Part shown: positions 22,977 to 32,735 of the stretch, piece after piece | Layout of the letters: every line of letters starts with the position of its first letter | Position numbering within the stretch: position 1 is the first letter of the stretch | From: an uncultured Gammaproteobacteria bacterium | GTDB taxonomy: Bacteria; Pseudomonadota; Gammaproteobacteria; GCA-002705445; GCA-002716945 | Length of the DNA stretch: 64,000 nucleotides | NCBI GenBank assembly: GCA_902605525.1 | Contig: CACLCV010000003.1 | Span: forward strand, 895 to 64,894 | Direction of reading: 5' to 3' | Program-made: the position numbers and the translations under genes | Notes under the pieces: generated by a model | Told to the model about the DNA's origin: nothing | The model's input: only the letters and a program-made list of their open reading frames with translations | Databases searched by the model: none

Positions 22977-23327
22977 CTAATAAATTGTTTTATTTTTATT
23001 AAAGACATATCCAATTTGTGTGACTGCAAATGCAACTAGCATCTGTAGCGCATCTAAACCAAATGTTACAATGCCCAAATAGAAGCTTGTTAGCACAAGA
23101 GCCATTCTAGTAATTAAGCTCTTAAATAAAACTAACGTGCCACCACTAATGTTTTGCCCAATTGCAGCATCGCCTGCTTGGTTCACACTTCTTGCAAGGA
23201 GCAGGGTATTTATCATTGATATGACTCCGCCAAATAAAGATGACTCTACTTTTTGGTAGCCCATATTCATAAATACGAGCGCTATAACCACTGCTATAAT
23301 GCCTTGAAAGACAATTACTCTTCTCAC
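22977..23327 (-). CDS. atpI: ATP synthase protein I
   Basis: Small hydrophobic protein (116 aa) at the head of the atp operon. Confidence 0.6.
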   Translation of the reverse strand: MRRVIVFQGIIAVVIALVFMNMGYQKVESSLFGGVISMINTLLLARSVNQAGDAAIGQNISGGTLVLFKSLITRMALVLTSFYLGIVTFGLDALQMLVAFAVTQIGYVFNKNKTIY

Positions 23328-23445
23328 TGTTGATGTTCACCATGAGCAATTAAGACCAATTTTTGGTCACGCTTAGTATAGTTTAGTATCGGTTTGTATT
23401 CAATTTATATGCTTGAAAAAAGCCGAAATGAGAGAAATATTTAGC

Positions 23446-24294
23446 TTATTTACTTAGCTTGTCGATAATTCCTTGAAGCTCATCCACGCTTGCGTAACGA
23501 ATATTTACCGCCCCACCTTTTTTGCCATTATGGATTGTAGTTTTTGCACCTAAAATATCTGTAAGTTTTCTTTCAAGGGCCAACGTATCTACGTCCTTTA
23601 TTTGGGCTGATTTATTGTTTTGTTTTGGTTTTGTAAGATTTTCCACCGCTCTAACGGATAGCTTCTTTTGAATAGCTTCTCGGATAATTTTAGACTGCTC
23701 ATCATGTGAGAGTGTAATCACAGCTCTCGCATGACCCATGGATATGTGATTCTGTCTCAGCTGATCTTTGACAAATTTAGATAGATCATTGAGCCTTATT
23801 ATATTGGTAACATGCGCTCTTGATTTACTAATATATTTAGCAACATCTTCGTGGCTCAAAGAAAATTCATTAATCAGGCGTTCGAGTGATTCAGCCTCCT
23901 CCATACTATTTAAATCTTCCCTTTGAACGTTCTCTACAATCGACAATACTGCAGAAGTTTTTTCATCAGCTTCAATGATAACGGCATTGATTGTATCTTT
24001 TTTTAGAAGCTGAGAAGCTCTCCATCTTCTTTCTCCAACTATAAGCTCATAACTATCATCCAATTTACGAACAACAATTGGTGCAATCTGACCATTTTGT
24101 CTAATTGATTCTGCAAGTTGTTGGATCTCTTCTTCATTGAAAATCTTACGAGGTTGGTGTCGATTACGTTTGATTTTATGGATTTGTATTTTTGTGGCGA
24201 GGTTACCTTCTTCATGAGACGTAGTTTTTTGTGTCTGTCTTGTACTACTTAAAAGAGAATCCAATCCCGAGCCTAGTGCCTTACGTTTGGTCAT
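23446..24294 (-). CDS. parB: Chromosome partitioning protein ParB (Spo0J)
   Basis: ParB box IVGERRWRA (GERRxRA) and an HTH region. 282 aa. Confidence 0.9.
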   Translation of the reverse strand: MTKRKALGSGLDSLLSSTRQTQKTTSHEEGNLATKIQIHKIKRNRHQPRKIFNEEEIQQLAESIRQNGQIAPIVVRKLDDSYELIVGERRWRASQLLKKDTINAVIIEADEKTSAVLSIVENVQREDLNSMEEAESLERLINEFSLSHEDVAKYISKSRAHVTNIIRLNDLSKFVKDQLRQNHISMGHARAVITLSHDEQSKIIREAIQKKLSVRAVENLTKPKQNNKSAQIKDVDTLALERKLTDILGAKTTIHNGKKGGAVNIRYASVDELQGIIDKLSK

Positions 24295-24336
24295 GATTCA
24301 AATATAACCCTACTGATCTTTTTTGTACATAACTGT

Positions 24337-25128
24337 CTATTCGTCTTTAATAATCTCTCCGGCGAGAGAATAGTAAGAAAGCGAGCCCTTTGATAAACCA
24401 TCATATTTGAGTATTGATTTTCCATGACTAGGAGCTTCAGCAACTCTAATATTTCTTGGAATCTTTGTTTTATAAAGTTCGCTTGGGAAATACTCTGCTA
24501 ACTGCTCACTGACATCATTTGATAAATTATTTCTGGAGTCAAACATTGTTCGCAGAATGCCTTCTATTTTGAGACTCTCATTTGAGGAGTTTTGAATCTG
24601 ATTAACTGTATTTACAAGTTCACTGAGACCTTGTAGTGCATAGAATTCACATTGAACGGGTATCAATACTCCAGTTGCTGACACCAAAGAATTAACAGTG
24701 AGAATATTCAACGAGGGAGGGCAATCCATTAAGATATAGTCATAATCACTAGAGATATCTTTGAGTATATTTTTTAGTATAAACTCTCTATCATTTTTAG
24801 ATACCAAGCTCACTTCGCTTTCTGTCAACGCTGGGGTTGCGGGCAAAAGATCGTATCCATCGTGCTCTGATAATACGATTGTTTCTTTGATGCTGGCGCG
24901 ATCGAGCAAGACATCGTTCACAGACGACTTTAATGATGCAGCATCTATACCTGACCCGCGTGTGGCGTTTGACTGTGGGTCGAGGTCAATAAGCAAAACC
25001 TTTCTCTTCATTTTATACAAGCAGGCTGATAAATTTATGCTAGTAGTTGTTTTACCTACGCCGCCTTTCTGATTAACTATCGACAATATTTTCAAATCTG
25101 GCCTCTGCAACAAATCTATTGGTATCAA
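24337..25128 (-). CDS. parA: Chromosome partitioning ATPase ParA (Soj)
   Basis: Deviant Walker A KGGVGKTT. 263 aa. The start is apparently TTG at 25128. Confidence 0.9.
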   Translation of the reverse strand: MIPIDLLQRPDLKILSIVNQKGGVGKTTTSINLSACLYKMKRKVLLIDLDPQSNATRGSGIDAASLKSSVNDVLLDRASIKETIVLSEHDGYDLLPATPALTESEVSLVSKNDREFILKNILKDISSDYDYILMDCPPSLNILTVNSLVSATGVLIPVQCEFYALQGLSELVNTVNQIQNSSNESLKIEGILRTMFDSRNNLSNDVSEQLAEYFPSELYKTKIPRNIRVAEAPSHGKSILKYDGLSKGSLSYYSLAGEIIKDE

Positions 25129-25734
25129 AAAAAAGGTGTTTGAATTTTAGAAATTTTAAGCTCGAATTCTTTTATGCACCCTTCACTTAACTCTAACACC
25201 GGACTGCCTGTAAGCATATATGCTTTTGAGACTCTCTTGCTTTTTTTGATTATTTTCATCAAGTATATGAACTTAGTTTCAAAATTCATTTTTGATATTT
25301 TTTTATTACTAAAATTCTTCATGATAACCGTATCTGTGTTCAGACAAAAGTTAGGTTTTAAAATGTCTTTTTTAAATAAACTTACGTTTTTTAAATTTAG
25401 CTCTGCTTTTACAATAGTAAGAAAAATCTATAAATGTTGACTTTCTATCTATTAAGCTAACTTCAACATCAGGATTTAAAAGAGCTATGATAACTCCAGG
25501 TATACCGCCTCCAGTCCCAATGTCTGAAATAGATCTTCCTGTCAACAACTTACTAAATTCATATGAATCATAAATTTCTCGTTGGATTACATACTCTTTA
25601 TCTGATGATGAGATAATATTTTGTGTATCGTGCCATTTAAATAACAGTGTTAGATAATCCGATAGTTTTTCAAGAATGCTTTGTTCTTCTTTTTGAAAAG
25701 TGCTTTTAACTATTGCTTCTATACTAGAAGGCAT
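25125..25734 (-). pseudogene. rsmG: 16S rRNA (guanine527-N7)-methyltransferase RsmG (GidB), interrupted by a +1 insertion in an A5/T5 homopolymer (25422-25426). It may equally be an intact gene carrying a sequencing error.
   Basis: N-terminal 120-aa ORF (25372..25734) carries the SAM motif DIGTGGGIPG and ends ..KSTFIDF. The C-terminal part continues in the -1 frame (..FLTIVKAELNLKNV..AYMLTG..) as listed ORF 25125..25322 and its upstream extension. Removing one base from the run restores a 203-aa RsmG that aligns with E. coli GidB (KRVRFLRQVQHELKLENI). Confidence 0.75.
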
Positions 25735-25736
25735 TT

Positions 25737-27615
25737 TTAGAGGTCTTTATTTTTTTTTAGAAATATTTTTATAAGTGTTAATACAGATGAGGTTATGCCA
25801 GGTATATTGGCAGCTTGGCCGATATTTTCTGGTCTGGCTTTTTCTAGACGTTCGGTAGCCTCATTAGAAAGGCCCTTTATGTTTTTATAGTTGATAGTAT
25901 CTGGAATATGCATCTTATAGCTTGCTAACAACGAGTTAATTTCCTTTTCTTGTCTAGCAACATATCCTTCATATCTTATATCAGATGCTACAACATGGCC
26001 GATATCAGAATTTGCAGTAATACCAAATGATGGAAGTTGCATGAGATCAGAGTATTGGATTTTTGATGTTTTTAAAAGAGATGCTAATGACCTATTCTCT
26101 TTAAGCGTTAGATTAAATTTATTTTCTAGAAGGGTATGGCTCTCTGATTTTACTGCGATTTTAATGTTTTCTAGTCTTTCTTTTTCGTGCATAACGCGGG
26201 TCATTTTTCCGCAGTATAATTTATATCTTGATTCACTTACTACGCCCAATGTGTATCCCTGTTCAGTGAGACGTGTATCTGCATTGTCATCCCTTAATCT
26301 CAGCCTGTATTCTGCTCTGCTTGTAAACATTCTATAAGGCTCAGTAACGCCCTGTGTTATCAAATCATCTATCAAAACCCCTATATATGACTCGTGCCTT
26401 TTTGGTGTCCAGTGTGGTTTGTGCTGAACACTAAGTGCAGCATTTATGCCGGCTATAATTCCTTGTGCAGCAGCTTCTTCATATCCTGTAGTTCCATTAA
26501 TTTGACCAGCCAAAAAAAGACCTTCGATATTCTTAGTCTCGAGACTCTCTTTTAGATCACGGGGGGTCAAAGTAGCTATACTCTATAGCGTAACCTGGTT
26601 GTGTAATTTCACATTTTTCTAGACCTTTTATTGTTTTTAAAAATTCTTTCTGAATTTCAAGAGGCAAGCTTGTGGATAAGCCGTTTGGGTATATTTCTAG
26701 GTTGTCAGACGTCTCTGGTTCTAGAAAAATTTGGTGGCTCTCTTTGTCAGAGAACCTATAAACTTTATCTTCGATAGAAGGACAGTATCTAGGCCCAACA
26801 GAATTTATTTTACCATTAAAAAGAGGCGAGTGTTTTTTTGAGTTCAAAATAATGTTATGCGTGCTTAAGTTAGTGTGTGTTATGAAGCATGGCAGCTTTA
26901 AAATTTTGTCAATGGGCTGTCCATAATGATCATGCAAATATGAAAGCATAGGAATCGGATTGTCACTATCTTGCTGCTCTAAGTTTTCAAAATCTATTGA
27001 GGACGTTTTAATGCGCGGAGGTGTTCCTGTTTTTAGTCTCTGAACATTAAAACCATTATCCCTAAAGTAATTTTCTAGCTCTATAGATGATTTATCTCCT
27101 ACCCTGCCAGCGGAAAAAGTTTTTTCACCCATGTGAATGATGCCATCAAGAAATGTCCCTGCGGTGATAATGATTGTCTTAGCTTCTAGAACTTCATCAG
27201 TATCTAAGATAACTCCCTTAACTTTTTTTAGTTCAAAATCAATAGATTTTACAGTTGATTGAAGAACGGTGAGATTTTCATGATGCATTATTTCTTTTTG
27301 AATAGCTTTTTTATACTCATCCCTACATGTTTGTATTCTAGTTGCTCTTACGGCTGCGCCTTTACTTGAATTTAAAACTCTTGACTGGAGAGACGCTTGA
27401 TCAGCGGCTTTGCATATTAACCCATCAAGAGCATCTACCTCTCGAGCTAAGTGTGATTTACCGATACCGCCAACAGCAGGGTTGCAGCTCATCTGTCCTA
27501 TGCCATCAAGTTTCATTGTTATTAGAAGAGTTTTTGTACCTAATCGTGCAGAAGCATGAGCAGCTTCACAACCAGCATGGCCACCACCAACAACTATTAC
27601 ATCATAATTTTGCAT
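25737..27615 (-). pseudogene. mnmG: tRNA uridine-5-carboxymethylaminomethyl synthesis enzyme MnmG (GidA), interrupted by a +1 insertion in a G6/C6 homopolymer (26561-26566). It may equally be an intact gene carrying a sequencing error.
   Basis: N-terminal 352-aa ORF (FAD fold VIVVGGGHAGCEAA) ends ..YFDPP-stop. The C-terminal 277-aa ORF starts (L)[26 protein letters not shown]. Removing one C gives a continuous ..[12 protein letters not shown].., matching the E. coli DPRDLKPTLESK stretch (626 aa in total). Confidence 0.85.
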
Positions 27616-28952
27616 TACTTACCTATACAGAAGCTTGTAAATATCTCAGTCAAAAGTTCCTCTGTTGGATTTTGCCCTAAAATCGATGAGATTGCCAGAT
27701 GAGACAAACGTAGTTCCTCTGCTAGAAAATCTAATGATTTTTCATTGGCAGCTTTATCAGAGTCAATTAGGTGTTTTTGACCATCTTGTAAACACTCTAT
27801 ATGCCGACCTCTGGCTAAATAAATATTTTCTGATGAATTATCTGACTCGAATGCTGTTTTAATTGTTTGTTCAACTAGATGCATACCCTGTCCCGTTTTA
27901 ACTGAAACATAAATCTCTTGTGGTTTAGTGGTCGTAATTTTAGGTTCTTTTTTTGTTATATCTATTTTATTAAAAACTAAAAAGTAGTCTTTAATGTCAT
28001 ATTTTTCAATTAAGTTTTTATCTTCTTCAGTTAAGCCTTGGTCGTCATCTACTAGATACAGTACTCTGTCAGATTTGGCTATAGATAAGGCAGATCTCGC
28101 AATTCCCTCTTTTTCTACTTCATCGTTAGTCTCATGTATACCTGCGGTATCTATAATATTTATGATGCTGTCGTCTATATTCAGTTGATAGCAAATAGAG
28201 TCACGAGTAGTCCCTGTTTTACTGGTGACAATAGATGCATCCTCCCGTAAAAGAGAGTTTATCAATGATGATTTACCAGAGTTCGGTTTGCCCACCACTG
28301 CATATGTGGGCCTGTTATTGAGCGCCAAACCTTTTTTAGATTTCTTTATTAAGCCTTCTATATCAGCTAGTATTTTAGAAAGGCTTTTCTTTATGTTGGT
28401 TATGCTTAATTCTGGTACATCATCATCTTCGGGGAAGTTGATGACAGATTCTACCTCAGCTCTGGTGGCTAGAATCTTGTCACATATCATTTTGATTTCA
28501 TCTGCAAACTTTCCACTGAGTGAGTTATGTGCCGCTTTTACTGCATGACTATCTGATGCGCTTATTAAATCAGAAATTGCTTCGGCTTGGATTAAATCAA
28601 CTTTATCATTAAATAAAGCTCTTTCAGTAAACTCTCCTGGCTTAGCTAGTCTAACACCTATTTTATTGAGGAGGCTCAATATAGAATTCATTATAACCTG
28701 GTTGCCGTGACAGATTATTTCTATCATATCTTCGCCTGTATAAGAGCTAGGTGTTTCATAAAAGATTGAAATGCAATTATCTAGTAAAGTTTTGTCGTCT
28801 AAGATGCTTACAAGTATTGCTTTTCTGTTTAGTAAATCTTTTGAAAATATCTGTTTTGTTAAATTTTTAAGATCATTCCCACTTATTCTTATTATCCCTA
28901 GTGCAGAGCTACCTGGTGGTGTTGCAATTGCACAAATTGCTTGAGTTTTCAT
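27615..28952 (-). CDS. mnmE: tRNA modification GTPase MnmE (TrmE)
   Basis: G-domain motifs GKPNSGKSS and DTAG, plus a C-terminal CIGK. 445 aa. Confidence 0.95.
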   Translation of the reverse strand: MKTQAICAIATPPGSSALGIIRISGNDLKNLTKQIFSKDLLNRKAILVSILDDKTLLDNCISIFYETPSSYTGEDMIEIICHGNQVIMNSILSLLNKIGVRLAKPGEFTERALFNDKVDLIQAEAISDLISASDSHAVKAAHNSLSGKFADEIKMICDKILATRAEVESVINFPEDDDVPELSITNIKKSLSKILADIEGLIKKSKKGLALNNRPTYAVVGKPNSGKSSLINSLLREDASIVTSKTGTTRDSICYQLNIDDSIINIIDTAGIHETNDEVEKEGIARSALSIAKSDRVLYLVDDDQGLTEEDKNLIEKYDIKDYFLVFNKIDITKKEPKITTTKPQEIYVSVKTGQGMHLVEQTIKTAFESDNSSENIYLARGRHIECLQDGQKHLIDSDKAANEKSLDFLAEELRLSHLAISSILGQNPTEELLTEIFTSFCIGK

Positions 28953-28955
28953 ATT

Positions 28956-30521
28956 CTAGCCAACAATTCTTTTATTAATCACATATTGCTGGGCTATAGA
29001 TAATATATTGTTTGTGAGCCAGTACAAGACAAGTCCAGATGGGAAAGTAGCAAAAAGTGCTGTGAATATAAAAGGTAAGAATAAAAATATTTTTTGCTGT
29101 GTTGGGTCAGTTGGTGCCGGGTTGAGTTTCTGTTGAACATACATGGAAATGCCCATAGCAATAGGTAGTATAAACAATGGATCAGCAGATGATAAATCTG
29201 ATATCCACCCCACAAAAGGCGCATGTCTTATCTCTATGCTTTCAACCAATACCCAGTATAGAGCGATGAAAACTGGAATTTGGATAAGTATTGGGAGGCA
29301 ACCCCCTAGTGGGTTCACCTTTTCTTCTTTATACATGCGCATTAGTGCTTCACTAAATTTTTTCTTATCTTCACTGTACCTTTCCTTAAGTGCTTGCATG
29401 CGAGGATTAAGTTTTTTCATTTGCGCCATAGACCGGTAGCTAGTTTCCGACAATTTAAAGAAAACAGCCTTTATCAAGATTGTTAAAATTATTATAGAGA
29501 TGCCCCAGTTATTAAAGAGTATATTTATAGACTCTAATATCCAGAAAAGTGGTGCCGACAGGAACGTCAACACTCCATAATCAACTGTAAGATCAAGCCC
29601 CTCTGTTAGTGATGAAATTTCAGATTGTAATTTTGGTCCAACAAACATTAAAGAGGTGTATGTTAAAGATTGACCAGGTGATATTTGAGAATAGTCAGTC
29701 GAGCTGCCAATGGTAAATATGTTCTGATCATATCCTGTATATATTGTTTTTTTACTAGCTGTAGTCGGAAGCCATGCTGAGAAAAAATAATGTTCTATCA
29801 TGCTTATCCAGCTATTTTGTGTTTTGACAGTTAAATCATTATCCTTAATGTCATCAAATGAAATTTTTGAAAATTTATTTTCCTCATCATAATATGCGCT
29901 GCCAGTGTATGTCGGGAGCATAATACTCGCTGCATTATTGCCGTCTCTCGATATGGTCTCATAGTTTCTAACTTCAATAATTTTGTCAGAGTTGTTTTTG
30001 ATAGTGTTAGTTACGGTTACTTGATGCGTATTATTTAATAGAGTTATTTCTTTTATCAAATTAACCCCATTGATATTTGTAGACTCGAGGACAACGGTAT
30101 TTTTTCCAGAAGCGCTTTTCTTGTTGTAAGTAGGGTATAAGTTAGTATCCAAAAGTTGTATGTTTGAGGTTGCTGAATATTTTTTATTTGGATAATCTAA
30201 AATAATAATCTGCTCATCAGAACCAAGATCAACAGAATAGTCTTTAAGTTTAGAATATAGTAATTCGCCAGTATTTATATCAAATTCTATAATAAGCTTA
30301 TTACTTTCTAATACATCTATGTTTTTTGATATTGGTGAAGATGTGTCTGGGCTATTTGGCTTAATAGAATCAGTTTGCGGCGGTTGTTTAGAATCGCTTG
30401 AAATATTATTCTCGACATCATTAGTAGATGAAACTTGTGGTTGGTTATAGTCTCTATCATAAGCGTCAAATATCAGTATCAATATAAATAAAAAGCCGCT
30501 ATATAAAAATAATCTGTTCAT
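28956..30521 (-). CDS. yidC: Membrane protein insertase YidC
   Basis: A 521-aa protein with a large periplasmic domain and a conserved C-terminal five-TM core ([19 protein letters not shown]...). Confidence 0.95.
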   Translation of the reverse strand: MNRLFLYSGFLFILILIFDAYDRDYNQPQVSSTNDVENNISSDSKQPPQTDSIKPNSPDTSSPISKNIDVLESNKLIIEFDINTGELLYSKLKDYSVDLGSDEQIIILDYPNKKYSATSNIQLLDTNLYPTYNKKSASGKNTVVLESTNINGVNLIKEITLLNNTHQVTVTNTIKNNSDKIIEVRNYETISRDGNNAASIMLPTYTGSAYYDEENKFSKISFDDIKDNDLTVKTQNSWISMIEHYFFSAWLPTTASKKTIYTGYDQNIFTIGSSTDYSQISPGQSLTYTSLMFVGPKLQSEISSLTEGLDLTVDYGVLTFLSAPLFWILESINILFNNWGISIIILTILIKAVFFKLSETSYRSMAQMKKLNPRMQALKERYSEDKKKFSEALMRMYKEEKVNPLGGCLPILIQIPVFIALYWVLVESIEIRHAPFVGWISDLSSADPLFILPIAMGISMYVQQKLNPAPTDPTQQKIFLFLPFIFTALFATFPSGLVLYWLTNNILSIAQQYVINKRIVG

Positions 30522-30766
30522 TTAGATGAGTCCTTTTTAGGTAGAGGGTCGTAACCATGGCTACCGCCAGGCCTGCATCTTAAGATTCTTTTAATGCTTA
30601 AGTAAAAGCCTCTAAAAAGCCCAAAAGTTCTTAAAGCCTCTATGGTATATTCCGAACATGTTGGCAGATGTCTGCAGGACGAAGGCATAAGAGGCGATAT
30701 GATGGCCTGGTAAAGCTTGACTACTCCTATGAACGTCAGCGTAATTGGTCTAATAAAGATTTCCAT
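30518..30766 (-). CDS. yidD: Membrane protein insertion efficiency factor YidD
   Basis: An 82-aa protein with the conserved YQ.IISP....SCR..PTCSEY and [11 protein letters not shown] motifs. Confidence 0.85.
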   Translation of the reverse strand: MEIFIRPITLTFIGVVKLYQAIISPLMPSSCRHLPTCSEYTIEALRTFGLFRGFYLSIKRILRCRPGGSHGYDPLPKKDSSK

Positions 30767-31071
30767 TCAGGCAATAGAATATCATTAATATCTTTTTTTT
30801 CAGCTTGAATTTTACTAGATATGCTCAAAAGAACTGCATAAGGATTATTAATAAACGAATGTTCCCGAAATGTTTCTCTAAGCTTTCTTCTTAGGGAGTT
30901 TCTAGAAACAGCCAATGGTAGAGCCTTTTTAGATATCCTAATGCCTAACATTTGCCTAGCGTGTGGATGATAATATAGTTTCATGTGAGTACCAGTAATA
31001 TTTGGGCTACCATTGAAAAAAGAAATGGTGTTTTTTGATATAGTAATTAGATCTTTTTTAAAGGTAAACAA
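30736..31071 (-). CDS. rnpA: Ribonuclease P protein component
   Basis: A 111-aa basic protein with the RNR-like motif ([12 protein letters not shown]), lying between rpmH and yidD. Confidence 0.85.
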   Translation of the reverse strand: MFTFKKDLITISKNTISFFNGSPNITGTHMKLYYHPHARQMLGIRISKKALPLAVSRNSLRRKLRETFREHSFINNPYAVLLSISSKIQAEKKDINDILLPEWKSLLDQLR

Positions 31072-31072
31072 A

Positions 31073-31207
31073 CTATGGACAAAGAACAGCTCTGCCTTTC
31101 GCTCGTCTAGAACTCAATACTGCACGACCAGCAGCAGTTTTCATGCGTGCCCTAAAACCATGCGTTCTTTTACGCTTTATGTTGCTTGGTTGAAATGTGC
31201 GTTTCAT
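31073..31207 (-). CDS. rpmH: 50S ribosomal protein L34
   Basis: Not in the ORF track because it is under 60 aa. Hand translation of the minus strand gives [44 protein letters not shown]-stop (44 aa), the canonical L34 sequence. Its stop codon abuts the rnpA start. Confidence 0.85.
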   Translation of the reverse strand: MKRTFQPSNIKRKRTHGFRARMKTAAGRAVLSSRRAKGRAVLCP

Positions 31208-31287
31208 AGAAGAGTATACTGATTCCATATTATCTTTATGTCAATATATTAATTTAGTTTTTTTCATGAGATATTGAATGTCCGACT

Positions 31288-32586
31288 ATGATCAACAACA
31301 ATAATATTTGGCAAAAATGCTTAGAGGAACTATCGTCTACTTTGACCGAGAAAGATATGCGCGTCTGGATTAAGCCACTAAAGGTTGAACATGATACTAA
31401 TGAAATAAAACTATATGCTCCTAATAAATTTGTGAAAGAGGAGGTTGAAAAAAACTTCTTTAATAAAATACTGTCAACACTTGGGGGAATGAACGCTGAT
31501 ATTTTAGTTACTCTAAATATCGGCGCTAATTTTAGGAAAAGGGAAGTTGCGAGGGATTTGCCTGTTGGTTTTAAAACTAATCTGAACAAAGAAATGACGT
31601 TTGATACCTTTGTTGAGGGTAAGTCGAACCAGTTAGCTAAAGCAGCGTGTCTATCTGTAATAAAGGAGCCGGGGATTTTAAACCCTCTGTATGTATATGG
31701 TGGTGTCGGTCTTGGCAAGACTCACTTGCTTCATTCGATCGGTAATCAGCTAAGCAGTGAGAACAAGAAGGTTGTTTACTTGCATTCTGAAAAGTTTGTA
31801 CAGAATATGGTTACAGCACTAAGGAACAATCAGATGGAAGAATTTAAAAAATTCTATAGAAACCTAGATGTCCTGCTCTTAGATGATATGCAGTTCTTTG
31901 CAGGTAAAGAGCGGTCTCAAGAAGAATTTTTCCATACATTTAATGCTTTGTTTGAAAATAAAAAACAGGTTGTTCTAACATGTGACAGATACCCAAAGGA
32001 AGTTAGTGGCCTTGAAGACAGGATTAAATCTAGATTAGTCTGGGGTATGAACGTTTCAATAGATCCTCCAGATCTTGAAACAAGAGTAGCAATATTACAA
32101 ACAAAAGCTGAGATGTTGGACATGCCTATCACTACAGATGTTGCATTTTTTATAGCAAAGAACATAAATTCAAACGTTAGAGAGCTAGAGGGAAACTTAA
32201 GGAGAGTAATAGCCACATCGAGATTTAAAAAATGTACCATCTCCTTGGAATTCACTAAAGAGACTCTAGCAGATTTACTTTCATTAAATCAAAGAATGAT
32301 AACTATTGAGCAGATACAGAAGATCACAGCTTCTTACTACAAGATAAGAGTGAGTGATATATTGTCATCAAAGAGAGACAAAAAAAACACATTACCAAGA
32401 CATGTAGCAATGGCGCTGTGTAAAGAGCTTACGAATAACAGTCTACCTACAATAGGAGATATGTTTGGTGGCCGAGATCACACCACTGTCCTTCATGCGA
32501 ACAAGAAGATTATAAAATTAAAAAAAGAAGACCCTCAAGTAGCACAAGATATAAATAATATAATACATGTGCTCAATAATGGGTAG
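31288..32586 (+). CDS. dnaA: Chromosomal replication initiator protein DnaA
   Basis: AAA+ Walker A GGVGLGKTHL and a C-terminal DNA-binding domain (HTTVLHA). 432 aa, divergent from rpmH. Confidence 0.97.
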   Translation: MINNNNIWQKCLEELSSTLTEKDMRVWIKPLKVEHDTNEIKLYAPNKFVKEEVEKNFFNKILSTLGGMNADILVTLNIGANFRKREVARDLPVGFKTNLNKEMTFDTFVEGKSNQLAKAACLSVIKEPGILNPLYVYGGVGLGKTHLLHSIGNQLSSENKKVVYLHSEKFVQNMVTALRNNQMEEFKKFYRNLDVLLLDDMQFFAGKERSQEEFFHTFNALFENKKQVVLTCDRYPKEVSGLEDRIKSRLVWGMNVSIDPPDLETRVAILQTKAEMLDMPITTDVAFFIAKNINSNVRELEGNLRRVIATSRFKKCTISLEFTKETLADLLSLNQRMITIEQIQKITASYYKIRVSDILSSKRDKKNTLPRHVAMALCKELTNNSLPTIGDMFGGRDHTTVLHANKKIIKLKKEDPQVAQDINNIIHVLNNG

Positions 32587-32614
32587 AACCTGTTAATAAC
32601 TTTATCGAATAAAG

Positions 32615-32623
32615 TTATCCACA
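32615..32623 (+). promoter_or_regulatory. Perfect consensus DnaA box TTATCCACA in the dnaA-dnaN spacer
   Basis: An exact 9-mer match seen at 32615-32623, lying in an AT-rich 149-bp spacer. Confidence 0.5.
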
Positions 32624-32735
32624 AAATATACAGGTTTCTTAAGTCGTTAAATCACATATAAATAACAGGAATCATTATAGAGCACAGCTTAAAAATAATG
32701 AAAAAGAAGATGTAAAAATAACATATAATATATAT

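Noticed and set aside
23355-23375. Short palindrome gaccaaTTTttggtc upstream of atpI, considered as a parS or regulatory site
   Set aside because: It does not resemble the parS consensus (TGTTNCACGTGAAACA) and is too short to distinguish from chance in AT-rich DNA.
31013-31222. A 69-aa plus-strand ORF in the rnpA-dnaA spacer
   Set aside because: It is antisense to the hand-verified rpmH (L34) gene.
31208-31287. Calling the rpmH-dnaA spacer oriC by analogy with Pseudomonas
   Set aside because: At only 80 bp, with no TTATCCACA-like boxes found by eye, the call cannot be supported from sequence alone.
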